IMG/VR virus record: IMGVR_UViG_3300031555_004294
Coordinates: 1 to 64,000 of that record
From: a virus
Lineage: Duplodnaviria > Caudoviricetes
Direction: 5' to 3' (one strand)
Length of the DNA: 64,000 bases
Under the pieces are notes generated by a model. That model was not told the origin of the DNA. It saw nothing but the letters and a program-made list of their open reading frames with translations, and ran no database searches. Below are positions 10,952 through 22,287 of the stretch, in pieces. The number at the start of each line of letters is the position of its first letter. Position 1 is the stretch's first letter. The position numbers and the translations under genes were made by a program.

Positions 10952-11599
10952 TTAGAAAAGCTTGAATCCATATTCAATCTTTCTAATTTCCTCAACACTA
11001 TCTAATCCATTTATATAGCGTTTCAGTTGATTAAAGTAAGTCAGATGATACATTTTATGTTGTTCAGCCGACTTATATAGCAAAAGCATATCTTTTGAAG
11101 TGTAAGTAACATATTCACCATCTGTTTCATGATAGGTAACTTTCTTAGCACCATTGTCAATTGCATTCTTAATTGAAAGTAGATTAATCTGATCTTCAAT
11201 TGTCAATGCAAAATGATGTTCTTTCTTATCACTAAGAACAACAGTAACACCATCAACGATATTTTTATGGCAAATTGCACTCATTTCTTCTATTTTTTCT
11301 GCTTTTAGTTTTTCTTTTACAGTTTCATCAGCATAGATTGTAACATTAGCTGCTAGTAAACTAGCAAGTCTGTCATATTCAGATTCTGAAATCTCTTCTA
11401 AATTAACAATCTTACAGACAATTCCTTTAGGAACTACCATACTGTCTGTACAATACTTGTCTTCATTATTTGATGCAAGTATACAGTTTGCAGTTTTTTC
11501 ATTAGCTGAGAGTAACTGATTTATTGAGGGTAAAAACTTTCGGTATTCTAGTTTTTTTAGAACATCGATTACGACATTATTATGAATTACCTTATACAT
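10952..11599 (-). CDS. DUF4376-like tail fibre assembly protein
   Basis: C...IVDG.......HF.LT.EDQINL...YH..GE...Y...YFNQLK.YI pattern; directly follows the large fibre gene. Confidence 0.6.
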   Translation of the reverse strand: MYKVIHNNVVIDVLKKLEYRKFLPSINQLLSANEKTANCILASNNEDKYCTDSMVVPKGIVCKIVNLEEISESEYDRLASLLAANVTIYADETVKEKLKAEKIEEMSAICHKNIVDGVTVVLSDKKEHHFALTIEDQINLLSIKNAIDNGAKKVTYHETDGEYVTYTSKDMLLLYKSAEQHKMYHLTYFNQLKRYINGLDSVEEIRKIEYGFKLF

Positions 11600-11602
11600 T
11601 TC

Positions 11603-14600
11603 TTACAACTCCACACCGTTTTCATATTCCATTACTACGGTTGAAGAGGAAGCACCCCAGTAACCATTTGTAGGAGTAAGTTCTCCTTGTTTCCATGGTA
11701 CACTGATCTTAGTAAGATTACTACAGTTAATGAAAGCTTCAGAAGATATATTTGGTAGAATGATTTCCTGATCCTTGATCTTATAGAAAACAATTTCAAC
11801 ATTGTCTGCAGTTGAGTAAGAACACAATCTTGCACCAACTTCAAGACCATTACAAGGGATATAGAACTTAGATACCTTAGACTTATAGAATACCATTCCG
11901 TTTATATCGTAAACTTGTTTAGGAATTACCAGTTCTGCATTTTCAGTAACCTTACAGTTCATGAAAGAGAAGTTACCAAAATATCCTACATTGTCTGGTA
12001 GTTTGTCAATTACTAATCTTGAGTTAGCCTTAAACGCACTAGACCCAAATGTAGTTATCGAATCAGAGAAATAAAGTTTTTCTAAAGAATAAGTTGAGTT
12101 CTCATAGTTAAATGCATCAGAGCCAATACCAGCTAGAGTATAATCTACTCCATCTATCATATAACTCTCTGCAAATCTACCAAATGCGTACTTCTTTTTG
12201 TTTTCATCAGTGCCTACATCTTTAAAGCCAGTAATAGTTATGGTATTGTTGGCTGTATTTTTTGTATAAATAAAATCATCAATTTCGTAATCATAGACAT
12301 TGTCCTCATTGAAAACATACTGAGCTACACAGTACATATCTCCCTTGACATTTATAGGTTCAGGATACCAACCAGTAAGTTCATAATACTCAGGACATAA
12401 TGTATCTGAGTTAACTGGTACTTGACCAGGATATGCTGCATCCTTACCATATTCAACTGTAACAGTTGATAATAAATTTTCTGCAGCTATACTAGCACGA
12501 TAGAAGTATACCTTATACTTCTTAACTGTCTTCTTATAAGCAACATAAATAGTTGTATTGTACTCTATATTCTTTAGAGCAGAAGTATTTGGATCACCAT
12601 CAATTTCTCTAGACCAGCCACCATACACATACGTATATTGAGCATCTTCTGCTCTTGTAGGAGTAGAAATAATTCCCTTTGCAACTATATCAGTAGCATT
12701 ATAGGTTTCACCATATGCCTTTGTAAAGTCTATAGTATGAAGAGTTTCAGTACCAAGATCATTCATATAAGTGACAGTTGCATGTAAAGTAGTATAAACA
12801 ACATCTAATTCAGGATAAGCTTCTCTTAATCTCTTAAGAGTTGCACCATCAATTTCACCTACAGTTAAAGTACCAGAAATGTAAGGATACTTAGTTTTAT
12901 CACCAGAAAGTACACCATTGTTGTCAATGTACTTACCCTTAGCATCATCACTCAAAAGTAAGTTGATGAAATCTCTATTATCACCTACTACTTCATTAAG
13001 ACCTACAATTCTAACACCGTTAGTTAATTGAGTGAGGTAATCTGTCAACATTTCTACTACAGGAATACTAGGAGTATTCTCAATACGTAATCTGTTGATA
13101 CCACTGATGTCAGTACAATCAAATTCCCTTAATTTAGTCTGGTTCAGAATCTCAAGATTCTTAACCGTACCAAGGTAAAGTTCTTCAATAACACCACCAA
13201 CAGGAAGATTTAAAGATGTAAGATTGGTATTACGTGCATCAAGTTTCTTCAAAAGTCCATTATTAGTTAGATCCAATACACTAATTGCAGAACAACCTGC
13301 AATATTTAATTCTTCAAGTAACTTACAGTTAGAAAGGTCAAGTCCTTCTAAAAGAGAGTTACCTACATACCCTTCTTCATTTGAACCAATGATTAATTTC
13401 TTTAAACATGTAGCGTTATACAATTTAACGTCGTACGGTCTAAACTTTGAAATGTCACCAATTTCTGTAATGAATGAACTACCATAGATATAAATAGCGT
13501 CACTATAACCCATGGTCTGGTTGTTACTTTTAAGTTCTATTGAGGTATTTGCATTAGTTTTAGGACCAGTAACTAATGCACTAGGATCCATAGTATCACT
13601 ATATTTGATAGATGGATATAAAGTCTGGTTAGCCTTTATTTCAATGCCAGTATCTTCAGCTGCAACACCGTCAGACCTACCAACACGGAAGTTGATAGTA
13701 TTTGTAGTGTTACCAATATTAAATGTTAAGCAGTTATACTTACTGTAAAGCATGTTAGAACGTTTATAAATATACGAGTCTTTTTGCTGAGTACGGCTAC
13801 CACGGTGTAAATATTTATAGTCAGACGTATATATTGTAGTTGGTTTTTCTGGATTGGATAAATCTACAAAGCCATCAACCCAGTGGTCTTCATATTTGAA
13901 TTTCATATCTTGGTTGACAATTGCAGGACATACAAGTTTAGCGTTATCTTCGATATGGTACTTATACAAACTACCATAGTTTAAGCCACCACCATCAACA
14001 CTTCTATTTGTAAGTGTTTGTGCTTTGCCCTTAATTTCACCAGAAAAAGCATCCATAATCATATTCCAAAGTCTTGAGTCTATACCATTGAATACATTAT
14101 CTCTTTCGTGTTTATAATCCCAACTTGCATGATAAGGAATATTCATAGAACCTTCATTATTTACACCAAAACCAGAGTCAAGGTCATATAGGTCGGTGTA
14201 CCAAATTCCAAATTCAGAATTCTCCCAGTCTATCATATCAGCGTTTACTTCACCAGTAGATGTATTAATGGCATCGCTAATTTTCATATCTTCACCAGTA
14301 TATGCGTTCTTTAGCTTTTCGGCTGTAACATCTTCACATTTCAAGAACATGTTCTTTGCAAAGTTATCGCACAATCCAGTAAATTCTAGGAACAGATAAT
14401 AAACCAAAGCATGGTTTTTGTTAAAGTGTTTTTCAAATTCGTTTATGAAAATTACCTTACGATATTCACGTTCAGTATAAAATTCTTGTGTCTCTAATGT
14501 TTCAACACCAGTAGTTGGATCCTTAACCTTAACAGTATAGGTAAAAGGAGTTTCTCTAATATCAGTTTTAGCATCCCAGTAATTAGCTCTCTGACATACC

Positions 14601-17600
14601 CAAGTAAATAAAGTCTGGATATAGTCATAGATAGGAATTAATCCTTTATCTTCAAGATCACCCTGGTCAGGATACATAGACTCTAAACCAAGTATTGCAC
14701 GTTTAGCTCTAATAGGATTTCCTTTATCGTCTAAAGCATCTATTACTTCTTGTAATCTATCTGTTTTAAACATACAAAGAGCGTCACTATTGTTTAAGAA
14801 TTCCCACTTTTGACGCTTAGTTACATTACCTTTGTCACCATCACATTCCAGACCAAACGTCTTCGAGTTACCTTTATCGTTGTTTAAAGCACCATCACCT
14901 ACAAAGTTAATTGCTCCGTCAACAGTATCTCTCTGGAAGAGTAAGCAACGGAAACCATAGACAGTATTCTGAACACGAGGGTCACCACCTAAAGATTCAT
15001 TTTGAGAAGGTAAAGTATCTTGGAATAAAGTATCTGCCAAGTTAGCGTTAAAAGTATTAGGGTGGTCAGAGGACATGAAGTCAGCCTTCCAACATAATGT
15101 AGATTCAGGAATAGAGATTGGGTTACCATCAGAATCAAGACCCTTAAGTGCATAATTGACCTTTGGTGTGGTTATAGTAGTTAGTCCAGTCTCTTCATTA
15201 AATTCTTCTTTAACTTTTGCAAGCTTAAACTTATAGTTCTTTCTAGGATATTTTGCTGAAGATGTACCCTGTACGTCATTTTCACATACATACTTTCCAT
15301 CCTTCATACCCATCAGATTAAACTCTTCAGTAAAGCTACCCTTACCATCTGGTCTAGTAAGCATACATGCACACTTGTTTTTGTTTCCTTTATATGCTGC
15401 TAACGTACCAGTTATTAACATACAGCTATACTTATTTCTAGCCTTGTAGTAGTCAATGTCTCCAGTACCGTCATCTTTTAGTACGTCATTTTCTTTATGT
15501 CTGGCAATCTTATCGTCAATTACAGAAGGAGATACCATGTAATTCTGAAGAATTTCAGAGTCACTAAGACCACGATTATAGATACGGACATTATATACAT
15601 CTAGGATACAAGTATTACTACCAAAGGTTATAAAACCGTCGTTTGAGAAAGATGCATTATCTAAATAAGGTACAGATTTTGCATATTCACCATTGATATA
15701 AATGTCGATACACTGACCAAATCTATTGCCATCGTAGCTCTTTAAGAAATGGAAAGGTTGAACTACAAAGCTCAAATAAATGCGTTCATCACTCTTAATA
15801 TATGCAGCTGCGATATTTTTCTCATTCATAATGAAACCTGTAGTACTAGTAATTGTGTTACCATCTTTATCAACAGACTCAAATTCATCAAACTTGATCT
15901 CCTGTCCGTTAGCAAGCAAATAGCAATGCTGAGGAGTAACTACAAAACCTGCGGCATTAGCACTTGGTGTGCATTCAATTACATGAGCTGTATCATCAGT
16001 TACATTGCTAATTTTAAACTCAACTTCAAATGTACGTCCATTAGTTACAACGCTAGCATCTGTAGCACTTTCAAGATCATGAATAATGCCATCCTCATCT
16101 GTATAGGTAGTAGAGAAAATTGGGAACTTAATGGTATGACGAGCATCACCGCTTAAAGTTAATGCGCCACTTTCAACATAACCATTGGAAACCCAGTTAA
16201 AGTTCTCAAAGGTACTCTTAATATCAATCGTCTCATTGTTAATGGTTGTGTAAGAATAGCTATAGCTATTCTTATTTACATCGTTATTAGTACGACCATT
16301 AGCAGTATAGGAATAAACGAGGTTTGCAGAAACTGGTTGTAAAGGATATTTACTCTTAAGTTCGTTAATCTTAAGCTCGATAGTTCTCTTAATATTCTTA
16401 CTGGTAAATTCGATATAAGCTACACCAGAAGTAGGATAAGATACTGGAATCCATTTATATCCTGGTTTTTCAGTTTCAGGATTAATAAAAGGGATTTTTT
16501 CAAGTGAAGTAGCATCATAAGTATGCTCTCCACTATTTTCTATAGTATAAAGACGAATGCTTAATTCATCTGTAGTTTCTTTTTTAGGGGTATACACATC
16601 ATATTCTATTTCAATCTGTTCACCATATGTATACTCGGTTTTGTTACATATAATGCCAATCATAGGTTCAGAATTTAAAGAACTCTTGTCGTAATAGAAT
16701 ATTTCGTGTTGTAAAATTACAGAAGGTGCTCCTGTATCAGTCATAAAGTAAACATTTAAACTATGGACACCATAGCCGTATTCACTCATGTTGATGATCT
16801 TTTGCTTAGTTTCATTATGGCTAGCACCTACGTCAATCTCATCATATACATCACCATCGATTTCAAAATAGACGACTTTATTCAGGTTACGTCCTATGCA
16901 TTTATACTGGTACTCGATGTTACCACTATATGCTGCAAAGCTACCAACATTCAAAGCTTCAATCTTAGCTTCAACCTGTGTAAGTGTAAAGTCTAAGTAA
17001 CGAGACTCTTTAGACTCACCACCAGTAACAGTAAGTTTAATGTCTACTGCCGTATCATTTACAAGAATATTTGCTACGTTTACTGAGAATTCTCTGCAGT
17101 TCTTAATATTTTCTGTTTTAAAGACTTGCCATTTTGTATCATCGTCCTCATGAAGTTTATAAGTTACTTCGAGTTTACATTCAAGCGTTGTAGGCACACC
17201 ATCACAATATTCATAGAACGTAGCATTTAATAAAGTTTCATCAGTTTTAGCAACTGTAAACTCAGTTGATGTCATATTAGTTCTAAGACGTGTACTATAT
17301 CCAGGCTCGCCAACCACACCAGAGCCGCCAGCAATAATAACTGGATTTCCTACTTTCTCGCCATTAGAAGTCAGAAATAGTTCGTACGTATTCTTATCGT
17401 AGGTTAAACCATCAACGTTAACATTATTAGCACCCTCAAATGCGTCTAATCTGGTAATGATGTTAGAAATATCAGTTCGAATAGTTTCAATGACAGTTAG
17501 ATCACAATCACAACCATCGTCTTCACTGTTTTCAAGTATCTCTAATCTAGAAACGATGTTGTTAATATCATTTTGAAGAGAAGTTAAATCACAATTACAT

Positions 17601-18112
17601 TCAACATCACTGTCGCCTTCAATTGCGTCTAATCTGGTAATGATGTTAGAAATATCTTCTTGAATTGAAGTTAGATCACAATCACAATCAGTATCATCGC
17701 CACTGTCATTACCACTTTCAAGTGTTTCTAATCTAGTGATGATGCTAGAAATGTCATTTTCAATAGAAGTTAGATCACAATTACAATTAACATCACTATC
17801 ATCACCGCTATTATTTTCGAGTACTTCTACTCTAGTTTTAAGATCGTCAATACTATCTTCAATGGAAGTTAAATCGCAATTACAGTTAACATCTCCAGTA
17901 GTGCCATTGTTGATGATAGTTCCGCCTATATATTGCGAATTTTTGAATGTGTCTCCATCACCAGCTTTAGCTTTAATTGTGCCATCTTCACAATACTCTA
18001 AAACTATTTCACCACGTTCAATGATTGGATTTAGTTCATTCCATCGTTCAGTAGTACCTCTTTTATGTTTAATAATCGTTGTGTTTTGAGAATCGGACAT
18101 ATTCGGTATCAC
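11603..18112 (-). CDS. Giant multidomain fibre/RBP protein: Mtd-N-like, CxCDLT repeats, LamG-like, CotH-kinase-like, LRR and BspA-like C-terminus
   Basis: KRGT..W...NP....GE...KAGDG; QGTSSAKYPRKNYK, DNFAKNMF, YDLDSGFG; LDLSNCKLLEELNI LRRs; FG.SAF/AF.NC repeats. Confidence 0.7.
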   Translation of the reverse strand: MIPNMSDSQNTTIIKHKRGTTERWNELNPIIERGEIVLEYCEDGTIKAKAGDGDTFKNSQYIGGTIINNGTTGDVNCNCDLTSIEDSIDDLKTRVEVLENNSGDDSDVNCNCDLTSIENDISSIITRLETLESGNDSGDDTDCDCDLTSIQEDISNIITRLDAIEGDSDVECNCDLTSLQNDINNIVSRLEILENSEDDGCDCDLTVIETIRTDISNIITRLDAFEGANNVNVDGLTYDKNTYELFLTSNGEKVGNPVIIAGGSGVVGEPGYSTRLRTNMTSTEFTVAKTDETLLNATFYEYCDGVPTTLECKLEVTYKLHEDDDTKWQVFKTENIKNCREFSVNVANILVNDTAVDIKLTVTGGESKESRYLDFTLTQVEAKIEALNVGSFAAYSGNIEYQYKCIGRNLNKVVYFEIDGDVYDEIDVGASHNETKQKIINMSEYGYGVHSLNVYFMTDTGAPSVILQHEIFYYDKSSLNSEPMIGIICNKTEYTYGEQIEIEYDVYTPKKETTDELSIRLYTIENSGEHTYDATSLEKIPFINPETEKPGYKWIPVSYPTSGVAYIEFTSKNIKRTIELKINELKSKYPLQPVSANLVYSYTANGRTNNDVNKNSYSYSYTTINNETIDIKSTFENFNWVSNGYVESGALTLSGDARHTIKFPIFSTTYTDEDGIIHDLESATDASVVTNGRTFEVEFKISNVTDDTAHVIECTPSANAAGFVVTPQHCYLLANGQEIKFDEFESVDKDGNTITSTTGFIMNEKNIAAAYIKSDERIYLSFVVQPFHFLKSYDGNRFGQCIDIYINGEYAKSVPYLDNASFSNDGFITFGSNTCILDVYNVRIYNRGLSDSEILQNYMVSPSVIDDKIARHKENDVLKDDGTGDIDYYKARNKYSCMLITGTLAAYKGNKNKCACMLTRPDGKGSFTEEFNLMGMKDGKYVCENDVQGTSSAKYPRKNYKFKLAKVKEEFNEETGLTTITTPKVNYALKGLDSDGNPISIPESTLCWKADFMSSDHPNTFNANLADTLFQDTLPSQNESLGGDPRVQNTVYGFRCLLFQRDTVDGAINFVGDGALNNDKGNSKTFGLECDGDKGNVTKRQKWEFLNNSDALCMFKTDRLQEVIDALDDKGNPIRAKRAILGLESMYPDQGDLEDKGLIPIYDYIQTLFTWVCQRANYWDAKTDIRETPFTYTVKVKDPTTGVETLETQEFYTEREYRKVIFINEFEKHFNKNHALVYYLFLEFTGLCDNFAKNMFLKCEDVTAEKLKNAYTGEDMKISDAINTSTGEVNADMIDWENSEFGIWYTDLYDLDSGFGVNNEGSMNIPYHASWDYKHERDNVFNGIDSRLWNMIMDAFSGEIKGKAQTLTNRSVDGGGLNYGSLYKYHIEDNAKLVCPAIVNQDMKFKYEDHWVDGFVDLSNPEKPTTIYTSDYKYLHRGSRTQQKDSYIYKRSNMLYSKYNCLTFNIGNTTNTINFRVGRSDGVAAEDTGIEIKANQTLYPSIKYSDTMDPSALVTGPKTNANTSIELKSNNQTMGYSDAIYIYGSSFITEIGDISKFRPYDVKLYNATCLKKLIIGSNEEGYVGNSLLEGLDLSNCKLLEELNIAGCSAISVLDLTNNGLLKKLDARNTNLTSLNLPVGGVIEELYLGTVKNLEILNQTKLREFDCTDISGINRLRIENTPSIPVVEMLTDYLTQLTNGVRIVGLNEVVGDNRDFINLLLSDDAKGKYIDNNGVLSGDKTKYPYISGTLTVGEIDGATLKRLREAYPELDVVYTTLHATVTYMNDLGTETLHTIDFTKAYGETYNATDIVAKGIISTPTRAEDAQYTYVYGGWSREIDGDPNTSALKNIEYNTTIYVAYKKTVKKYKVYFYRASIAAENLLSTVTVEYGKDAAYPGQVPVNSDTLCPEYYELTGWYPEPINVKGDMYCVAQYVFNEDNVYDYEIDDFIYTKNTANNTITITGFKDVGTDENKKKYAFGRFAESYMIDGVDYTLAGIGSDAFNYENSTYSLEKLYFSDSITTFGSSAFKANSRLVIDKLPDNVGYFGNFSFMNCKVTENAELVIPKQVYDINGMVFYKSKVSKFYIPCNGLEVGARLCSYSTADNVEIVFYKIKDQEIILPNISSEAFINCSNLTKISVPWKQGELTPTNGYWGASSSTVVMEYENGVEL

Positions 18113-18199
18113 TTCCTTTATTAGATTTAGAAATTACCCTATCATAATGCTATGATAGGGTAATGTCTTTTAAAAGTTATTTTTTTTTATAATCTGTGA

Positions 18200-19648
18200 T
18201 TATTCAGCAGCCTGAGTTCCTGTTAAAGAAGCTACATTACCACACTGTAGAACTAAAGTATCAGTGTTCTTAACGAATACCTGTTCTACTGCATCCAGTC
18301 TAGTGACTAAATCCTTACCTTCTGCAGCAGTTGCACTGCTCTCAGAGCCAGTAATATACTTCCAGAGAGCCTTGTTATCAGCATCGTTAGCTGCAACTCT
18401 CTTATCTAAGGAACCGTCAGCATCTCTTACATAGTCCCAGAGAGCCTTATCAGCAGCATAGAGACCAGTAGCATCCTGACCTTCTGCAGCAGGCTTACCT
18501 ACAGCAGTCTCAAGAGCTTCAACAGCTTCATCGTTAGCAGTAATGTACTCGTCAACCTTATCTACAAGACCCTTAGTAGCTTCGCCACCTTCAGCAGCTT
18601 CAGTACCATACAGAGTAGCATTGATAGCAGCAAGTTCAGTATCATTAGCTTCGATCTGCTTAACTAAGGAACCCTCTTCGTCTCTAACATAGTCCCAAAG
18701 AGCCTTATCCTTATCAGCAACATCCTGCTCAAGTTCGCCAATAGCTTCATCGTTAGCAGTAATGTACTCGTCAACCTTAGTTACAAGACCCTTCTTAGTT
18801 ACGCTACCATCTTCACCTGTAGTATCGAATAATGCTTCATTGATATCGTTGATATCAGTAACGATCTGAGTTGCAGTTGCACCATCTTCCTCATGACCTG
18901 CAAAGAACTCTAACATTTCGTTATAAGTGTCAATAGCAGCCTGATTGGTATCAGTGTTGAGCATTGCATTAACCTTATCTTCAACATTCTTATCGAAGTT
19001 GTCATTTAAGGTCTTGATATCCTCAGCGTTCTTATCAATCTGAGCAGCTAAGCTATCTTCGCCATCCTTAACATATTCCCAAATCTGCTCATCAGCAAGG
19101 AATAGACCAGTAGCTTCCTCAGTATCAGTAGCAGCCTTACCTACAGAAGTCTCTAGTTCACCAACTCTAGCACTAATAGTCTGACCATTACCAGCTACAC
19201 CACCAGTAACTTCTGCCTCTAAGTTTGCGATAGCATCACTTAATGCCTTAACAGACTTGTAAGCAGGCTGGGTTTCGTCAGCTTCGTCATAACCCTTGAT
19301 AGCGGTTACAAATTCGTCATAGTTGCTTACCTGAACGAAAGGACCATTTTCTAATTTACCTTCAGTAGTCAGAAGTCCATTAAGGTATTCTAGAAACTCT
19401 TCCTCAGACTGCTTAGCCCAAGCCTCAACATCTGCTGCCTTTGCACTACCATATGCAAGAGTTCCAAAAGGAGTTACACCGTCGCCTACCTTAAAGATAA
19501 CGTCCTTAGAACCATCTTCATTGGTAACTTCAACAAATGCAACTTCACCAGCCTTAAGTACTACTGCCTTGGCAGCGTCAGATTCCCAGTTGCTAAGCGT
19601 ATCATAGAGTAGCTGAACTCTAGTTTGTAAAATTTGCTCATTAGCCAT
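18200..19648 (-). CDS. Coiled-coil fibre protein with Mtd-N-like N-terminus
   Basis: DT..NW....VLKAGEVA....FKVGDG; internal repeats KGLV.KVDEYITANDEA and DKALWDYVRD. Confidence 0.65.
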   Translation of the reverse strand: MANEQILQTRVQLLYDTLSNWESDAAKAVVLKAGEVAFVEVTNEDGSKDVIFKVGDGVTPFGTLAYGSAKAADVEAWAKQSEEEFLEYLNGLLTTEGKLENGPFVQVSNYDEFVTAIKGYDEADETQPAYKSVKALSDAIANLEAEVTGGVAGNGQTISARVGELETSVGKAATDTEEATGLFLADEQIWEYVKDGEDSLAAQIDKNAEDIKTLNDNFDKNVEDKVNAMLNTDTNQAAIDTYNEMLEFFAGHEEDGATATQIVTDINDINEALFDTTGEDGSVTKKGLVTKVDEYITANDEAIGELEQDVADKDKALWDYVRDEEGSLVKQIEANDTELAAINATLYGTEAAEGGEATKGLVDKVDEYITANDEAVEALETAVGKPAAEGQDATGLYAADKALWDYVRDADGSLDKRVAANDADNKALWKYITGSESSATAAEGKDLVTRLDAVEQVFVKNTDTLVLQCGNVASLTGTQAAE

Positions 19649-19678
19649 AATAAATTTACCTTCCTTTTTTAAATTTTT

Positions 19679-21013
19679 TTATGTTTTAGAATTTAAAAGC
19701 CAAGAACTACCGTCAAGTATGATTAAATCACCTTCGGTTTGAACTAGCTTATTAAAGTTGATGCTATTTACTTCCATAGCACCATCCTCATGGATTATAA
19801 TTTTGTTCTCTTCAGTGGATGATTTTACAACACCAAAGAGTTCAGATGTCGCAATAGGAATATCTACTGCGTTATCTACAATTGGTAGATCTACTTTATT
19901 AATAGAGATTCGCTTAATAAGACTATTTTGTTGACTACTTTCTAGATCGTCTAATCTAGTAGCATTTTCACTTACTTGAGTTTCAAGTCTATTAATAAGA
20001 GAAGACATGTTAGCTGCTTCTGGTCCGTGATTCTTGACGTAAGTAATCAATTCCTTATACGTATTGACAACCTCATCGGCAGTTTCAGTTGTCATAAAGT
20101 CATTGAATGCTTTTTCAATTTTATAATCTACAGAACCTTCAACAGTACTATTACCAGTTAAGACACCAATAGATGTTGTATTGGCATCGACTTTAGATAC
20201 AAGTTGTTCGTAATCAGATTGATCTACTTTTAAACTAATTGTGTCTAATAGAGAACGTTTATCTGCAGAAGTCAAATAGTCTTTCTTAATAGCATCAATC
20301 GTAGTGCTATTACTAGAAACGATACTTCTAAGATCGGATACTTTATCTTCAATCTTCTGGTCAATAGTATCAACAAGATCAGTATGTGCAGATTGAAGGT
20401 TAGTAATAAGTTGCTTCATGTTACTAATATCAGACTGATTAGTAGTAACAATTGCCTTAAGGTCTGTAACTTCCTTACTAACAGGTTTTACTGCATTTTC
20501 AATCTTCTGATCAATGGTATCCTTAAGTTCAGTATATACAACTTGAAGATTATCTACATCTCCCTTGATAGTATTGAGAAGACTAGTATTACTAGCTATG
20601 TTTGTAGTATTACTAGTAACTATCGATTTGAGATCTGTAAGCTCTTTATTAGTTTCTTTTACTGCACTTTCAATCTTCTGATCAATTGTATCGCTAAGTT
20701 CAGTTAATCTTGACCTTAGATCTTCAATATCGACTTCAAGATCGTCATTATGACTACCAACTCGCTTAAGATCACCAGCTTCATTGTCAATTTTATAGAC
20801 GTCAACTGATAAGGTACCATCGTTAGCTCTATTAACTACAGATAGGATTTGACCTACATAAGCTATAGGACTTGTTCTAGCATAGGTCTGTGCAGCTTCT
20901 AAAGAAATGTGTACAGAACTATTGTCAAGAGGATTAGGATTACCACGTCTAAAGTTCATTGGAAATCCAATGCCATCTTTTTCAGTGTATTTGAGCAGAT
21001 TATAAATAGCCAT
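19679..21013 (-). CDS. Coiled-coil fibre protein
   Basis: DTIDQKIE repeats and heptad pattern; N-terminal FRRGNPNPLD. Confidence 0.6.
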   Translation of the reverse strand: MAIYNLLKYTEKDGIGFPMNFRRGNPNPLDNSSVHISLEAAQTYARTSPIAYVGQILSVVNRANDGTLSVDVYKIDNEAGDLKRVGSHNDDLEVDIEDLRSRLTELSDTIDQKIESAVKETNKELTDLKSIVTSNTTNIASNTSLLNTIKGDVDNLQVVYTELKDTIDQKIENAVKPVSKEVTDLKAIVTTNQSDISNMKQLITNLQSAHTDLVDTIDQKIEDKVSDLRSIVSSNSTTIDAIKKDYLTSADKRSLLDTISLKVDQSDYEQLVSKVDANTTSIGVLTGNSTVEGSVDYKIEKAFNDFMTTETADEVVNTYKELITYVKNHGPEAANMSSLINRLETQVSENATRLDDLESSQQNSLIKRISINKVDLPIVDNAVDIPIATSELFGVVKSSTEENKIIIHEDGAMEVNSINFNKLVQTEGDLIILDGSSWLLNSKT

Positions 21014-21029
21014 CTTTCATCCTCCTTTC

Positions 21030-22268
21030 TTATGCAAGTTCAATAGCATGAATTTCACCAGCATCAATAGATGCAGGTTCATACACCCAAACATCGTAAT
21101 TAACAGCATCCGCACCATTTACGCCTTCTACTCTTACTGCAGCAGATGTTTTATCATAAGAATCAGTTATAGGTGTATTCATAGCAGAAGTTAGAATTAC
21201 TTCTTTTAAGCCACTACGACTAGAATTACTAGGAATTACAATAACAAATCGTTTAGCATTTTCTATATCTTTACCAGTAAGTGTAAGAGATTTAGGTTCA
21301 TCATAAGCACCTCCATTAATGAGTTGCTCACGAATAATTGCAGAAGTTAAAGGAGCTTCTGTAGAAGAAGTAGCAAGCACACCATAAAAGAAACTTCTAT
21401 AGCCAGTAATTGAACTAGAAGTTTTACTTTTACTACCAGCAGCAATCTTCTTAGTAAGTAATTTACAAGGATTACCTTTATTAGTTAAAGGAACACTACC
21501 TGCAGTATAAGTAACTTTAACAGCTACATTAAACTTAGTAGTATCAGTTACAGTTACATCAGGTAAATCACTAGAAGGTGTAGAATAAAACTCATTATTG
21601 GTATCAGTTATAGTCCAATCTATAACCTCAACACCAGTGGGTTCAGGACCATAACTATATTTACCGTCTTCAAAAGAAGCAGTATACTTAATATCAGTGA
21701 CAACAGTACCAACTTCATAAGAACCAGCACCAGTTAATGTTACAGACACAGAAGGATCTGTTTTTTCAGGATCCAATTCCTTATTATACATTGCCTCAAA
21801 TACACCAATAAGATTTTTACCAGTAGATGGAATAGTACCAACACCATTAGTGGTCTTAATATATCCTACATCTATAGTAACATCCATATCAGTATCAAAA
21901 TAGACATTCGACGCATTATAATTACCGTCCATAGCAATCCATTTTTCGCCATCATAAAGATATGACGTATAAAGGTATTTATCAGCAACAATAAGTTCTT
22001 TTACAATACCAATGTCATGGATATTAAGTTCAGTAGTACCAACCGCAGCTGTTAAAGCAGCTATATGATCTTCACCTTTTTCTATAATAACACCAAATAT
22101 ATGCGCGTCATCAACATAAGGAAGTTCTGACCAAGCATTTATACCATCGCCAATTTTAAGCTTATGTTTAGCAACGTCATAACCAGGTTCACCAGCCTTT
22201 AAGATTGTATCCTTTTTTACATCCCATCTATCAGTAGTACCACGTTTAAATTGAATCGTTTGTCCCAT
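21030..22268 (-). CDS. Fibre-associated protein with Mtd-N-like N-terminus
   Basis: IQFKRGT...W....ILKAGEPGY....LKIGDG...WSELPY. Confidence 0.7.
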   Translation of the reverse strand: MGQTIQFKRGTTDRWDVKKDTILKAGEPGYDVAKHKLKIGDGINAWSELPYVDDAHIFGVIIEKGEDHIAALTAAVGTTELNIHDIGIVKELIVADKYLYTSYLYDGEKWIAMDGNYNASNVYFDTDMDVTIDVGYIKTTNGVGTIPSTGKNLIGVFEAMYNKELDPEKTDPSVSVTLTGAGSYEVGTVVTDIKYTASFEDGKYSYGPEPTGVEVIDWTITDTNNEFYSTPSSDLPDVTVTDTTKFNVAVKVTYTAGSVPLTNKGNPCKLLTKKIAAGSKSKTSSSITGYRSFFYGVLATSSTEAPLTSAIIREQLINGGAYDEPKSLTLTGKDIENAKRFVIVIPSNSSRSGLKEVILTSAMNTPITDSYDKTSAAVRVEGVNGADAVNYDVWVYEPASIDAGEIHAIELA

Positions 22269-22287
22269 ATATCAACCACCCATAGAC

